A DNA stretch of 64,000 bases, from the IMG/VR virus record IMGVR_UViG_3300045988_130116; one strand, given 5' to 3'. Origin of the DNA: a virus. Each line of letters opens with the position of its first letter. Positions within the stretch are counted from its first letter, which is position 1. Made by a program: the position numbers and the translations under genes. Shown in pieces: positions 51,883 to 61,323 of the stretch. The notes under the pieces were generated by a model. That model searched no databases, had not been told where the DNA came from, and saw nothing but the letters and a program-made list of their open reading frames with translations.

Positions 51883-51926
51883 AATTTTTTTAATTCCATT
51901 AAACGCTATTTATTCAAGCACAAAGT

Positions 51927-52036
51927 CAAATAAAGACCCTTACTGCCACCAAATAAAGACCTCTATTTTTTGGCTTTTCAAAATTCCAAATAAAGACCTC
52001 TTACAAGAGAAAATAAAGACCTCTACAAGAGAAAAT
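51927..52036. repeat. four direct repeats AAATAAAGACCYCT in the divergent control region
   Basis: Cores start at 51928, 51951, 51988 and 52011 (spacing 23, 37, 23). The last two are followed by (T)ACAAGAGA. Confidence 0.8.
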
Positions 52037-52519
52037 ACTGGTTCAGTAATGTATGTATATTATATATTTAATATTAAATAATAATATATAAATATATTAT
52101 TATTTTTGCGAAGCTATCGCTCCGGTACATCTTTTTCTTGGTATTTTTTTCTTTTAATTTAATCCTTATAGTTTAAACGAGATTAATTCTTAACTTGTCG
52201 CATAGCATACGCAAACACTATTTTTAAAATTTTTATTTTTTTTCTTTTTTTTTGAATAAAGAGTAAAATTCATGGTATATTAAGAGTATAAGAACAACTG
52301 AAAGAATCAATTATTTAATATCTTATGGTGTCTTCTTATAGAGCAAACAGTGTCAATTATTTTTCCGTTATATTTGGTACATAGACGAAAATAAAAAAAT
52401 ATTTTTAAAAAAAATGAATATATTTCTTAAAACTGGATATAATATTATTAGGGAGTTAAAAAACTTAATATCTGAGTTGACAACATTCTGATAATTACAA
52501 TCAGAAAGTAGGAAAGATA

Positions 52520-53722
52520 TTGTTAGCAAATTACACGTTTAAAGGGAAGATAGATGGCAAGTCTATTAAAGACTATCAAAACAAAATAGATTTAAGTGTT
52601 AAAACAAGCCAAGAGATAATCGACCAAGTGAATAAAATTTTAAATATAGAAGAGATTAATGGGGTTCAGTTTAATGGTGATTTATTTTGGCAAGTTATTT
52701 GGGACGAAGGAGTTTGTAAAGCAGATATAAATACAAACGAATTATGTTGGAGCAATACAGAAGTATGCAAAACACTAGAGATATTAGCATCGTACATACT
52801 TATGAAAGACGATAAAGAAAAAAGAAAAGAATGTAAAATGTATGATGATTACAAATTAACAAAAAGAGCAGAAAAAGATAGGGAAAAGGTTTGTCAGATT
52901 GGAGTTAACGAAGATGATGAGGTTGTAGTTCTTAAAGATGTAAAAAATTATAAAAAATACAAGAAAACTACTGTTAATAAATCTGACATTAAAGAATATT
53001 CCGAACTTAAATGTTATGATGACTACAAGGAATATATGAAAACCTTATTCCATGGTGAAAATGCCAAAGAGAATAGACTTGAGCTGATAGAAAGACTAAA
53101 GAATAAGGGTTATGACATTTCTAATGGTAAACTTTATAAATTTGTTAAAACCACACTTCCAAGTATATCAGAAGATATGTTAAGTGTTAAATTAAGTAAA
53201 ACACAACCAATTAAATGGAAACAACCACTTAGAGACAGTCATCAATCATTTAATTTTGAAATGTTGGATATGTTTGACCCTCAACAAGTTAAATATGCTT
53301 TAGTAACTGATAAAAATTTAGAATTTTCTACTAGAAATGAGTTTTGTATAACTCTTGACGAAATTATTAAAAAAACACACCTTACTAAAAATCAAAAGAT
53401 AATATTAAACAAGTGGAGAAAAGATTGGCAAGTAGTTAAAATAGCAGAATATATGCAAGTAGATGTTGCTTATGTATCTAGGGAAATTGACACAATAGCT
53501 AAAAAAATAAGTAATGCCTACATAGACGAATATGAAGAACAATATTATTATATGAATTTAGTTAAGGGAACTTATAAGAAATGCTCTTGCTGTGGAGAGA
53601 ATAAGTTGGTAAAGCATTTTAATAAACATTCTGTAAAGAATGGAGAAATAATATATATGAGTATTTGCTCGGATTGTAGAAAAAAACACCGAGAAAAAAA
53701 AGAAAGGAAGAGGAAAAGATGA
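52520..53722 (+). CDS. hypothetical protein with sigma-region-4-like HTH and C-terminal zinc ribbon (possible late regulator)
   Basis: 400 aa, TTG start; LTKNQKIILNKWRKDWQVVKIAEYMQVDVAYVSREIDTIAKKI; CSCCGE...CSDCRKK. Confidence 0.55.
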   Translation: MLANYTFKGKIDGKSIKDYQNKIDLSVKTSQEIIDQVNKILNIEEINGVQFNGDLFWQVIWDEGVCKADINTNELCWSNTEVCKTLEILASYILMKDDKEKRKECKMYDDYKLTKRAEKDREKVCQIGVNEDDEVVVLKDVKNYKKYKKTTVNKSDIKEYSELKCYDDYKEYMKTLFHGENAKENRLELIERLKNKGYDISNGKLYKFVKTTLPSISEDMLSVKLSKTQPIKWKQPLRDSHQSFNFEMLDMFDPQQVKYALVTDKNLEFSTRNEFCITLDEIIKKTHLTKNQKIILNKWRKDWQVVKIAEYMQVDVAYVSREIDTIAKKISNAYIDEYEEQYYYMNLVKGTYKKCSCCGENKLVKHFNKHSVKNGEIIYMSICSDCRKKHREKKERKRKR

Positions 53723-54006
53723 AAAAGAAAGATTTAATAAAAAGAGTAGCAGATAAATGTGATTATTCTCAAAGACAAGTAGAAGAAATGTATGACGTTC
53801 TTAAAGATGTTGTAGAGGACGCTATAGCAGATGGTGAAGAATTTAAATTATTAGGCTTTATAAAAATAGGAACTAAAAAATTAAGTCCTAGAAAAGGTAA
53901 AATGACTAATAGATTTGGTGAAGTTGTAGAATGGGAAAGAACAGAAGAAATTACTGTTCCAACTGTAGGATTAACTAAATATATAACTAAACGTTTTAAA
54001 GAGTAA
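53719..54006 (+). CDS. HU/IHF-family DNA-binding protein
   Basis: 95 aa; MKKKDLIKRVADK...QVEEMYDVLKDVVEDAIADGEEFKLLGFIKIGTKK..PRKGK. Confidence 0.75.
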   Translation: MKKKDLIKRVADKCDYSQRQVEEMYDVLKDVVEDAIADGEEFKLLGFIKIGTKKLSPRKGKMTNRFGEVVEWERTEEITVPTVGLTKYITKRFKE

Positions 54007-54224
54007 TATAGAACTTTAAAAAATGGATAATATGAGCTTATAGACACACACAGCTAATTTTACATATAACAAGCTACTTTTGGTAAGAGTTAAGTTACTT
54101 GTGTCTAGTAATTTTTCATATTATCCTCCAATTTTATTATACTTAGGCGATTACCGCAATTATTTTATAAAGGAAATTAAAAACAAATTTTTATAACTAG
54201 ATTAATACATCGCCTAGCGAATAT

Positions 54225-54291
54225 GGATATATAGTTTAACAGGCAAAATACTTACCGGAAAAGAGTTATAGGTTCGAGTCCTATTATATCC
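54225..54291 (+). ncRNA. tRNA-like element 1 (non-canonical; anticodon arm cannot be folded canonically)
   Basis: Hand fold: 7-bp acceptor GGATATA/TATATCC, T arm ATAGG-TTCGAGT-CCTAT, D arm GTTT-AACAGGCA-AAAT. Only 67 nt, and the central 34 nt is too short for a standard anticodon arm plus variable loop. Confidence 0.5.
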
Positions 54292-54489
54292 TCATGATAT
54301 AACCCCCTTTCAATTATATTATTATACTTAAAGACACATACAGCAATTTTTAAATACTTTATTTTATAAAAAACAATTTATATTAACTTAAATAGAATTT
54401 CATAAATACCTCCTTTGATTTAATGATATGTAAGAATGTGTCTTGTAATACCTCCTATAGGACTACTGAACGGGAAGTAGTCCTAATAT

Positions 54490-54558
54490 GACAAGGTGGA
54501 GTAATGGAAACTCGTTAGATTAATTCTAAAGATGTAGGTTCAAATCCTTCCCTTGTGA
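54490..54558 (+). ncRNA. tRNA-like element 2 (non-canonical; 15-nt anticodon arm)
   Basis: Hand fold: acceptor (G)ACAAGG/CCTTGT(G) with a 1:72 G-G mismatch, D arm GAGT-AATGGAA-ACTC, T arm GTAGG-TTCAAAT-CCTTC. The anticodon arm TTAG(A)-TTAAT-(T)CTAA is 2 nt short, and the loop contains UUAA. Confidence 0.5.
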
Positions 54559-54606
54559 ATATTTAACATTTTACCTTCTTTCTACCCCTCTTTTGAGGGG
54601 GCTTAT

Positions 54607-54681
54607 GCTGGTGTGGCTCAATGGCAGAGCAGCTGACTTGTAATCAGCAGGTTGTAGGTTCGACTCCTATCGCCAGCTCCA
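54607..54681 (+). tRNA. tRNA-Thr (anticodon UGU), CCA encoded
   Basis: Hand fold: acceptor GCTGGTG/CGCCAGC, D arm GCTC-AATGGCA-GAGC, anticodon arm GCTGA-CTTGTAA-TCAGC, T arm GTAGG-TTCGACT-CCTAT, then T-CCA. Confidence 0.9.
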
Positions 54682-54739
54682 AACAATTTATAAAAGATAT
54701 TAACAGCATAATTAAAATAGTATCTTGAGAGGTGATAAT

Positions 54740-56200
54740 ATGAATAAAACGTTACTTAAAGAATTAAAAAAGGCAACTAATTATACATATACAGAAAATG
54801 GTGGCTTAACACATAAAAGTACTTTAAATAAATGTTATGATTTATTTGCTTTTGGTGGAGCATCAAGAGGGAAAGGCGAAGAAGATATATTAGATATGTT
54901 TTATGATACTTTAAGAGAAGACAAACTGTTAGCGATGAAATTATTGTTTTACATTAGAGATGTAAGAGGTGGGTTAGGAGAGAGAAGAACTTTTAGAATT
55001 ATTCTTAAATCTTTAGCGAATTCTCATCCTTATTTAATTGAAAAAAATATAGATTTAATCCCCTTTTATGGTAGATATGATGATTTATTAGTATTATTCG
55101 ACACTAAATGTGAAGATAAGATGATTAACTTAATAGCTAAAACATTAATAGATGATTGCAGAACTAATCAGCCAACATTGTTAGCTAAATGGTTACCTAG
55201 TGAAAATGCCAGTTCTAGTGATTCTAGGAGACTTGCTAGAAAGTTAGCTAAAAAGCTTTCTCTTACTAATAGAGAGTATCGAAAGACATTATCTAGTATA
55301 AGAAATAAAATAAAAATTGTTGAAAATTTATTAAGCGAAAAAAAATATAATGAAATAGAATTTGATAAATTACCTAGTAAAGCAGGATTAAAATATAGAG
55401 ATGCTTTTTTAAGACATGAGGAATTATGTACTAGATATGTAGAGTTTATTGATAATAAAAATAGTAAAATAAATGCTAAAACTTTATATCCATATGACAT
55501 AATAAGAAATGTTTGGAATTGTGAGACTCATGAAAGAAAGGTGCTTGATAAATACTGGAAAAATTTGCCTGATTATTTTGATGGTAAACCTTGTAGTATA
55601 TTGCCAGTAATAGATAATTCGGGGTCAATGACTTGGAATTTAAATGGTGGCGTAATTCCAATAGATGTAGCAGTTTCTTTAGGAATATATTGTGCAGAGA
55701 GAAATCTTGGAGATTTCCATAATCACTATATTAGCTTTAGTAGAACTCCTAAATTAGTGGAAATAAAAGGCAACAATATAGTTGAGAAAACTTTAAGTGC
55801 AGTAAAAAATGTTCTTTATGAGAATACTAATATAGAAGCAGTGTTTGATTTAATATTAAAAACTTTAAAGAAAAGTGATTTATCAGAAGAATGCTTGCCT
55901 AAACACATTGTTATAATTTCTGATATGGAATTTGATGAAGGAACTAGATGTAACGATAGTGTAACATTAATGGAACGTATTAGAAAAGAATGGGCAAAAG
56001 AAGGATATACAATGCCAAACTTAGTTTATTGGAATGTGTGTTCTAGGAGAAACAATATATCAGATTTAGGAGCAGATAATATTACTTATGTAAGTGGTTG
56101 TACTCCAATGATATTTAAGAGCATTATGAGTGGTAAAAATGGTATGGATTTAATGTTAGATACATTAAATAGTGATAGATATTCAAGTATAAGAGTATAG
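54740..56200 (+). CDS. DUF2828-like helical domain plus vWA (MIDAS) protein; Ro60/TROVE-like architecture
   Basis: YTENGGLTHKSTLNKCYDLFAFGGA...LLFYIRDVRGGLGERRTFR (DUF2828 pattern); vWA MIDAS VIDNSGSM ... ISDMEFD; ATG 54740 after GAGAGGTGA. Confidence 0.65.
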   Translation: MNKTLLKELKKATNYTYTENGGLTHKSTLNKCYDLFAFGGASRGKGEEDILDMFYDTLREDKLLAMKLLFYIRDVRGGLGERRTFRIILKSLANSHPYLIEKNIDLIPFYGRYDDLLVLFDTKCEDKMINLIAKTLIDDCRTNQPTLLAKWLPSENASSSDSRRLARKLAKKLSLTNREYRKTLSSIRNKIKIVENLLSEKKYNEIEFDKLPSKAGLKYRDAFLRHEELCTRYVEFIDNKNSKINAKTLYPYDIIRNVWNCETHERKVLDKYWKNLPDYFDGKPCSILPVIDNSGSMTWNLNGGVIPIDVAVSLGIYCAERNLGDFHNHYISFSRTPKLVEIKGNNIVEKTLSAVKNVLYENTNIEAVFDLILKTLKKSDLSEECLPKHIVIISDMEFDEGTRCNDSVTLMERIRKEWAKEGYTMPNLVYWNVCSRRNNISDLGADNITYVSGCTPMIFKSIMSGKNGMDLMLDTLNSDRYSSIRV

Positions 56201-56214
56201 AGAGGAGATATAAT

Positions 56215-56490
56215 ATGAAAAAAGTGTTACAATTAGATTTTAAAAATGCAAGTATAGAGGAAGGTTCAAATGGAAAACAGGTTGTCGAATACGATAAAGA
56301 ATTGTTACCTTTGTATACAAGAAGTTTAGATAAAGTGTTGGAAGATATAGAAGAAGAACAAGAGTTGCAACTTAAATTAAATATAAAACTTCCTCTTTCT
56401 CAATTTAGATTGCTCACTGATTTCCTAGTAGATTGTTCAGATTTAAACTTATTCGATTTGCAAATAAAATCAGTAGAACAAGATGACTAA
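56215..56490 (+). CDS. hypothetical acidic protein
   Basis: 91-aa ORF; GAGAGGAG SD. Confidence 0.55.
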   Translation: MKKVLQLDFKNASIEEGSNGKQVVEYDKELLPLYTRSLDKVLEDIEEEQELQLKLNIKLPLSQFRLLTDFLVDCSDLNLFDLQIKSVEQDD

Positions 56491-57646
56491 TATGGAAAAG
56501 TATAATACGAAACAAAAAGAACAGATGATTAAATTGTCCCTACAAAAATTAAGTGGGGACGATGAAGTAGATTGGGAAGATATAATAGATAGTCTAGGAA
56601 TAAGTTTACATAAAGATACTTTAAGACGATGGGCAAGAGGAATGCAGATTTATGATGAATATCTTAAAGAAACAAAACGCAAGTCTGTAAGAGACGATTC
56701 AGAAAAAACAATAAAAAAAATATTAGAATTAAAACAACAAAGAATTTTATTATCTGATGAAAAGAGATATGTAAATGAGAGACTTAGAGAACTAACAAGA
56801 GTAGAAGATTTCTATAAGAAGCTAGAAGATAAAATATCAAGTAGCGACCCTGTTCAACTAAGAGAGATTGAGTTTAGTGATAAAACGAATGAAGCAGTAT
56901 TAATGTTATCTGATTGGCATTATGGAATAGAAGTTGACAACAAAGTTAATAAATTCAATTCAGAGATAGCAAATAGTAGAGTTTCTGAATTAGCGGGTAA
57001 AGTTATAAAACATTGTAAAATAAATGACGTGAGTAAATTAAATATATTTTGTTTAGGAGATTTAATATCTTCTGAAATTCACACTATTATTAAAATGGAA
57101 AATAGAGAAGATTTATCTACTCAAATATATGAAGTAAGTGAACTTCTTTCAAAATTTATAGAGACAGTATCGAAAGTTGTTCCGATAGAAGTTACATTTA
57201 CTTTTGGAAATCATGAGAGAACGGGATTAAAAGACTTATCTAAAGATAGCGATAATTTTACAATTCTTATAGAAAAATATGTTATGCTTCTTTTAAGGGA
57301 TAATGAGAATGTTATTATCAATAGTAGTGAAACAAATTCAGATATTATATATAAAAACATTATGGGAAATGACTTTGTTGGAGTTCATGGACATCAAGAA
57401 AAAAGAAAAGGTGTTGCTCCTGATTTAAGTGCAATCCTGAGTGGTAGAAATGTCGATTATGTATGCATGGGGCATTTACATTCTCAATGTAATTATATTG
57501 ATAATACATCAGAAGTTTTTATAAATGGAAGTTTATGTGGCACAGATGCCTATGCTTATGGGAAGAGATTGTTTTCTCCCCCTAGTCAAAAGTTATTGAT
57601 AGTTAATGACGAAGGTGTTGAATGTATCTACAATATTAAAGTTTAG
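56483..57646 (+). CDS. calcineurin-like metallophosphoesterase (Mre11/SbcD-type motifs)
   Basis: 387 aa; LSDWHYG, CLGDLIS, FGNHER, VHGHQ, CMGHLH. Confidence 0.75.
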   Translation: MTNMEKYNTKQKEQMIKLSLQKLSGDDEVDWEDIIDSLGISLHKDTLRRWARGMQIYDEYLKETKRKSVRDDSEKTIKKILELKQQRILLSDEKRYVNERLRELTRVEDFYKKLEDKISSSDPVQLREIEFSDKTNEAVLMLSDWHYGIEVDNKVNKFNSEIANSRVSELAGKVIKHCKINDVSKLNIFCLGDLISSEIHTIIKMENREDLSTQIYEVSELLSKFIETVSKVVPIEVTFTFGNHERTGLKDLSKDSDNFTILIEKYVMLLLRDNENVIINSSETNSDIIYKNIMGNDFVGVHGHQEKRKGVAPDLSAILSGRNVDYVCMGHLHSQCNYIDNTSEVFINGSLCGTDAYAYGKRLFSPPSQKLLIVNDEGVECIYNIKV

Positions 57647-57659
57647 TGAGGATTACGAT

Positions 57660-58322
57660 ATGGCAAATAAGAATGAAGAATTAAGTAGAGAAATATATAT
57701 AAGCGGTGAAATAAATAACGAAATGGCAGCAGAGATAATTGCTCATTTAAAAAAGATAAATGATGAAGATTTAGATGTTTATGAGAAAAATCAAACTTTA
57801 AATGAAAAAAATCAATTACCTTATAAGCCTATAAGTCTTACAATAAATTCTCCGGGAGGAAGTGTAATGGACGGGTGTGCGATAATGAACACTTTAGAAT
57901 CTTGTATTGCTCCTGTTCATACTCATGGTATAGGAGAAGTGTCTAGTATGGCAGTTCATATTTATGCTTGTGGAGAAGTTAGGACAGCAGGAGATTTAGT
58001 TACATTTGGGCTACATGGAACTGGTGGCGGTACTTGTGGTTATACTAAAGAAATGATAAGTTCATTGACTCATTGGAAGAAATTAGAGAAAAAGTTAAAT
58101 GATAGACTTTTAGAAGACACAAAATTAACACAAAAAGACTTAGATGCTTGTGAAACTTGTTTAACGTTTTATGATTATGACGAAGCCTTGGAAAAAGGTT
58201 TGATAAATACAGATTTGTATGATGATGAATTTCTTAAAGAAATAATAGACGGATTAAATGTGTCTGACAAAAAAGAAGAAACAAAAGTGATAAAAACAGA
58301 AACAGAGGTAAAAGAAGATTAA
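57660..58322 (+). CDS. ClpP-family serine protease (candidate prohead maturation protease)
   Basis: YISGEINNEMA...LTINSPGGSVMDGCAIMNTL...GEVSSMAVHIYACG; ATG 57660 after GAGGA (track start 57606). Confidence 0.8.
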   Translation: MANKNEELSREIYISGEINNEMAAEIIAHLKKINDEDLDVYEKNQTLNEKNQLPYKPISLTINSPGGSVMDGCAIMNTLESCIAPVHTHGIGEVSSMAVHIYACGEVRTAGDLVTFGLHGTGGGTCGYTKEMISSLTHWKKLEKKLNDRLLEDTKLTQKDLDACETCLTFYDYDEALEKGLINTDLYDDEFLKEIIDGLNVSDKKEETKVIKTETEVKED

Positions 58323-58540
58323 TTCTTTTTACATAAAATGCGAGTTCATATCATTTCATTTTGATTAGAATAAAGGTTAATAGAATCCATGTTTATTGGC
58401 GAAACATGGGTTCTCTTTAGTCTTTATTTAGACTAACATATATCTCCCTTGTTAGTGGTATGGTTGCTATTCCTCGTAGCCATACCCATTAATAAGGAAA
58501 TAAAATCATATATTGATAATCTATTATTATCAAACCATTT

Positions 58541-58571
58541 AATAACTACCCTTCGGGGTAGTTATTTTTTT
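58541..58571 (+). terminator. strong intrinsic terminator (11-bp stem, TTCG loop, T-run)
   Basis: AATAACTACCC-TTCG-GGGTAGTTATT then TTTTTT. Confidence 0.85.
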
Positions 58572-58591
58572 ATAACAAGAGAGGTGATAAA

Positions 58592-59536
58592 GTGAAAAAG
58601 GAAAAATCGCAAAAATTAGCTAAGAGAGTATGCCCTTATTGTGGAGAAGAAAAATTTGTATCTAGGGATTTCTATGGTTCAGAAAGCCTTATGTATTCTA
58701 ATGAAAAAAGACACCTTATTTGTAAAAACTGTATGAATATTAGATACAATTTCTTTTTAGCTAAATGTGACGGAGACGAATTATTAGCTTTAAGAAGAAC
58801 TTGTGATAACTTAGACATTGTATTTGATGAAGGAATAGTTAATAGAGTTGAAGGTCAAGACGGCTCTTTGTTCTTGAATTATATGAAAACAATAAATACT
58901 AATTCTATCCTTAGAAGTTTAAGTTCATTAGATAGCCCTATGTTTAATGAAATGCATTCAAAGCCTAATATAGAGGATTTGGTTGTTAATAATGATATAG
59001 TTATGAAATGGGGAGATGGATTTACTAAAAGAGAATACCAACAGTTAGAATATATTTATTCTGAATATATGGAAGAGTATAAACCTAAAGACTTATCAAC
59101 TAAAAAGATACTTAAAGATTTAAGTATGACAGAGCTTCTTAGGGAAAGAGCTAGATTAAAAGGTGACGACAAGACATACGATATGTATACAAAGCTACTT
59201 TCTAAAAGTAGAGCAGACGCAAATATACAACCTAATCAAAATAAAGACGAAGATGATGAAAAATATATATTTGGTATGATGATGAAGATATATGAATTAA
59301 AGAAACCAGTAGTTAAGAGACTTAAAGAATATCAAGATGTTGATTGGATTGAAAGATATATAATGAGGTTTTTATTTAAACCATTAGCAGTAGCTTTAGG
59401 ATTTGGTTCAGCTAATTACTCTTTAGAAGAAGGAGATGCGGGAATACAATTAGATGAAAAAATTGAGAGAGCTATACAAGCCGTTAAGGAGGAAGAAGAA
59501 GAGGAAAAGGCGAAGAGGAAGAATGGTGACAGCTAA
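58592..59536 (+). CDS. candidate terminase small subunit (by position; N-terminal zinc ribbon)
   Basis: 314 aa, GTG start after GAGAGGTGA; CPYCGE...CKNC; directly upstream of and overlapping TerL. Confidence 0.4.
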   Translation: MKKEKSQKLAKRVCPYCGEEKFVSRDFYGSESLMYSNEKRHLICKNCMNIRYNFFLAKCDGDELLALRRTCDNLDIVFDEGIVNRVEGQDGSLFLNYMKTINTNSILRSLSSLDSPMFNEMHSKPNIEDLVVNNDIVMKWGDGFTKREYQQLEYIYSEYMEEYKPKDLSTKKILKDLSMTELLRERARLKGDDKTYDMYTKLLSKSRADANIQPNQNKDEDDEKYIFGMMMKIYELKKPVVKRLKEYQDVDWIERYIMRFLFKPLAVALGFGSANYSLEEGDAGIQLDEKIERAIQAVKEEEEEEKAKRKNGDS

Positions 59537-61308
59537 TGGAAGAAAGGAAATATATGGAAACCGAGTATGAGGATAGAGGTAATTTAACAGGAGATTCCAA
59601 AGAAGATTTACTTATAGGAATAGGTGAATATTGGGGTTGTTTTTATTTAGCTAATCCTCATAGATTTGCTATGGATTATTTGAAGTATAAATTACATATA
59701 TTTCAACAGATATTACTGTATTTTATGATGAAAAGTGACCAGTTCGTATTTATTGCGAGTAGGGGTCTGGGCAAATCATTTCTTACGGCAGTATTCTGTA
59801 CAGTTATATGTATATTAAAACCCGGAACAAAAGTTATAGTCTGTGCTAAACAAAAGAAACAAGCAGAGAAAGTACTGACCGAGAAGATACTTGGTATATT
59901 ATATCCTCAATCATATGCTTTAAGGAAAGAAATAGATTATAGAGGAATTAAGTGCAACTCTAATCAGGTATTAATACCATTTAAAAATGGTTCTTCTATA
60001 GAAGTACTTGCCAGTTCAGAGAACTCAAGAGGTGCAAGATGTAATGTTTTAGTAATGGACGAGTTCCGTATGATAAATGAAACAATAGTTAGAAGTGTTT
60101 TATCTCCATTTGGTGCAGTTCCAAGACAAGCCGGATATTTAACTAATCCTAGATATTCTTTTTATCGTGAAGAGAATAAAGAATTGTTCCTAAGTTCAGC
60201 ATGGTATAGCGACCATTGGAGTTACTCTAAGTGGAAAACAACAGTTAAAGATATGCTAACTAAATTTGATTCCTTTGCTTGTAATATTCCTTTTACCTGT
60301 TCTTTAGAACATGGATTAAATACTAAGAAGAAAATGGAAAGAGAAATGGATGCAGAAGGTATGAACTATGCATCTTTTTTAATGGAATACTGTGCAGTAT
60401 TCTTTAATGAAGCTGATGATGCCTTCTTTAAATCTTCTATTATTAATCCTTGTAGAGATACACTTGATGTATTTTACCCTCCTACTTCTGAAGAATGGAT
60501 ATCAGAGAAGAAGAAAAAGAAATCCGAACAATCATGGTATATGCCTAGAGTTAACGGTGAGATAAGAATTATGGCTTGTGATATCGCCTTAGCTAAAGGT
60601 GTAGCAAACGATAACTCCAGTTTCTTATTAATGAGAATGATACCTGATAGAGGTAAGTTTAAACGCCATGTTGTATATATGGAAGCACACAATGGTATGG
60701 CGGCTAAACAACAGGCTATAAGAATAAAACAATTATTCTATGATTTCGGGGCAGATAAACTTATTATAGATACAACTGGTGTCGGAGAAGCAGTTTGGGA
60801 ATTCGTCAGAGAAAGTAACTATGATGAAGAGAGGGGAGTCAGATATGATGGATTTACTTGCTTTAATGATGATAATAGAGTAGATGATTTATCTAAAAGA
60901 ACTGGCTTACCTTTTGTTTATTCAATGCAGCCTAATAGTGAAGTCAACAGTAGAATAGCAGTAAGTGTAAGAAAATTATTAGCAGATAAAGATTTAATAC
61001 TTCCTATGAATGATAGAGAAGCAAAAATATTAGTAACTGAAAAAGTGTCTAGTTTAGATTTAGATTTAGAAGAGGCGGCTTACAGAGAAGCTAGATTACT
61101 AGCTCCGTTTGTTCAAACAACTATTATGGTTAATGAAATGATAAGTTTGAACCATGAAAGCAAAGAAGGGAAAATAAAACTTTTTGAAAGAGGGGCAAAT
61201 AGAAAAGATAGATATTCTTCATTAGGATATGCCGTATTCTTGAGTAATTTAATTGCACAAGAAGAAGGTTTCGGTGATGACGATGACGATATCTTATTCT
61301 TAGTTTGA
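59536..61308 (+). CDS. terL: terminase large subunit
   Basis: 590 aa; Walker A IASRGLGKSF, Walker B NVLVMDEF, C-terminal nuclease-like MACDIAL...IIDTTGVGE. Confidence 0.8.
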   Translation: MEERKYMETEYEDRGNLTGDSKEDLLIGIGEYWGCFYLANPHRFAMDYLKYKLHIFQQILLYFMMKSDQFVFIASRGLGKSFLTAVFCTVICILKPGTKVIVCAKQKKQAEKVLTEKILGILYPQSYALRKEIDYRGIKCNSNQVLIPFKNGSSIEVLASSENSRGARCNVLVMDEFRMINETIVRSVLSPFGAVPRQAGYLTNPRYSFYREENKELFLSSAWYSDHWSYSKWKTTVKDMLTKFDSFACNIPFTCSLEHGLNTKKKMEREMDAEGMNYASFLMEYCAVFFNEADDAFFKSSIINPCRDTLDVFYPPTSEEWISEKKKKKSEQSWYMPRVNGEIRIMACDIALAKGVANDNSSFLLMRMIPDRGKFKRHVVYMEAHNGMAAKQQAIRIKQLFYDFGADKLIIDTTGVGEAVWEFVRESNYDEERGVRYDGFTCFNDDNRVDDLSKRTGLPFVYSMQPNSEVNSRIAVSVRKLLADKDLILPMNDREAKILVTEKVSSLDLDLEEAAYREARLLAPFVQTTIMVNEMISLNHESKEGKIKLFERGANRKDRYSSLGYAVFLSNLIAQEEGFGDDDDDILFLV

Positions 61309-61323
61309 TATAAGGGTGATGGT

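Noticed and set aside
52470-52520. Plus-strand GTTGACAACA upstream of the first rightward gene as a cassette-type promoter
   Set aside because: The best -10 candidate (TACAAT) is only 13 nt from the -35, and the intervening sequence forms a hairpin. It may be regulatory, but it does not fit a sigma-A promoter geometry.
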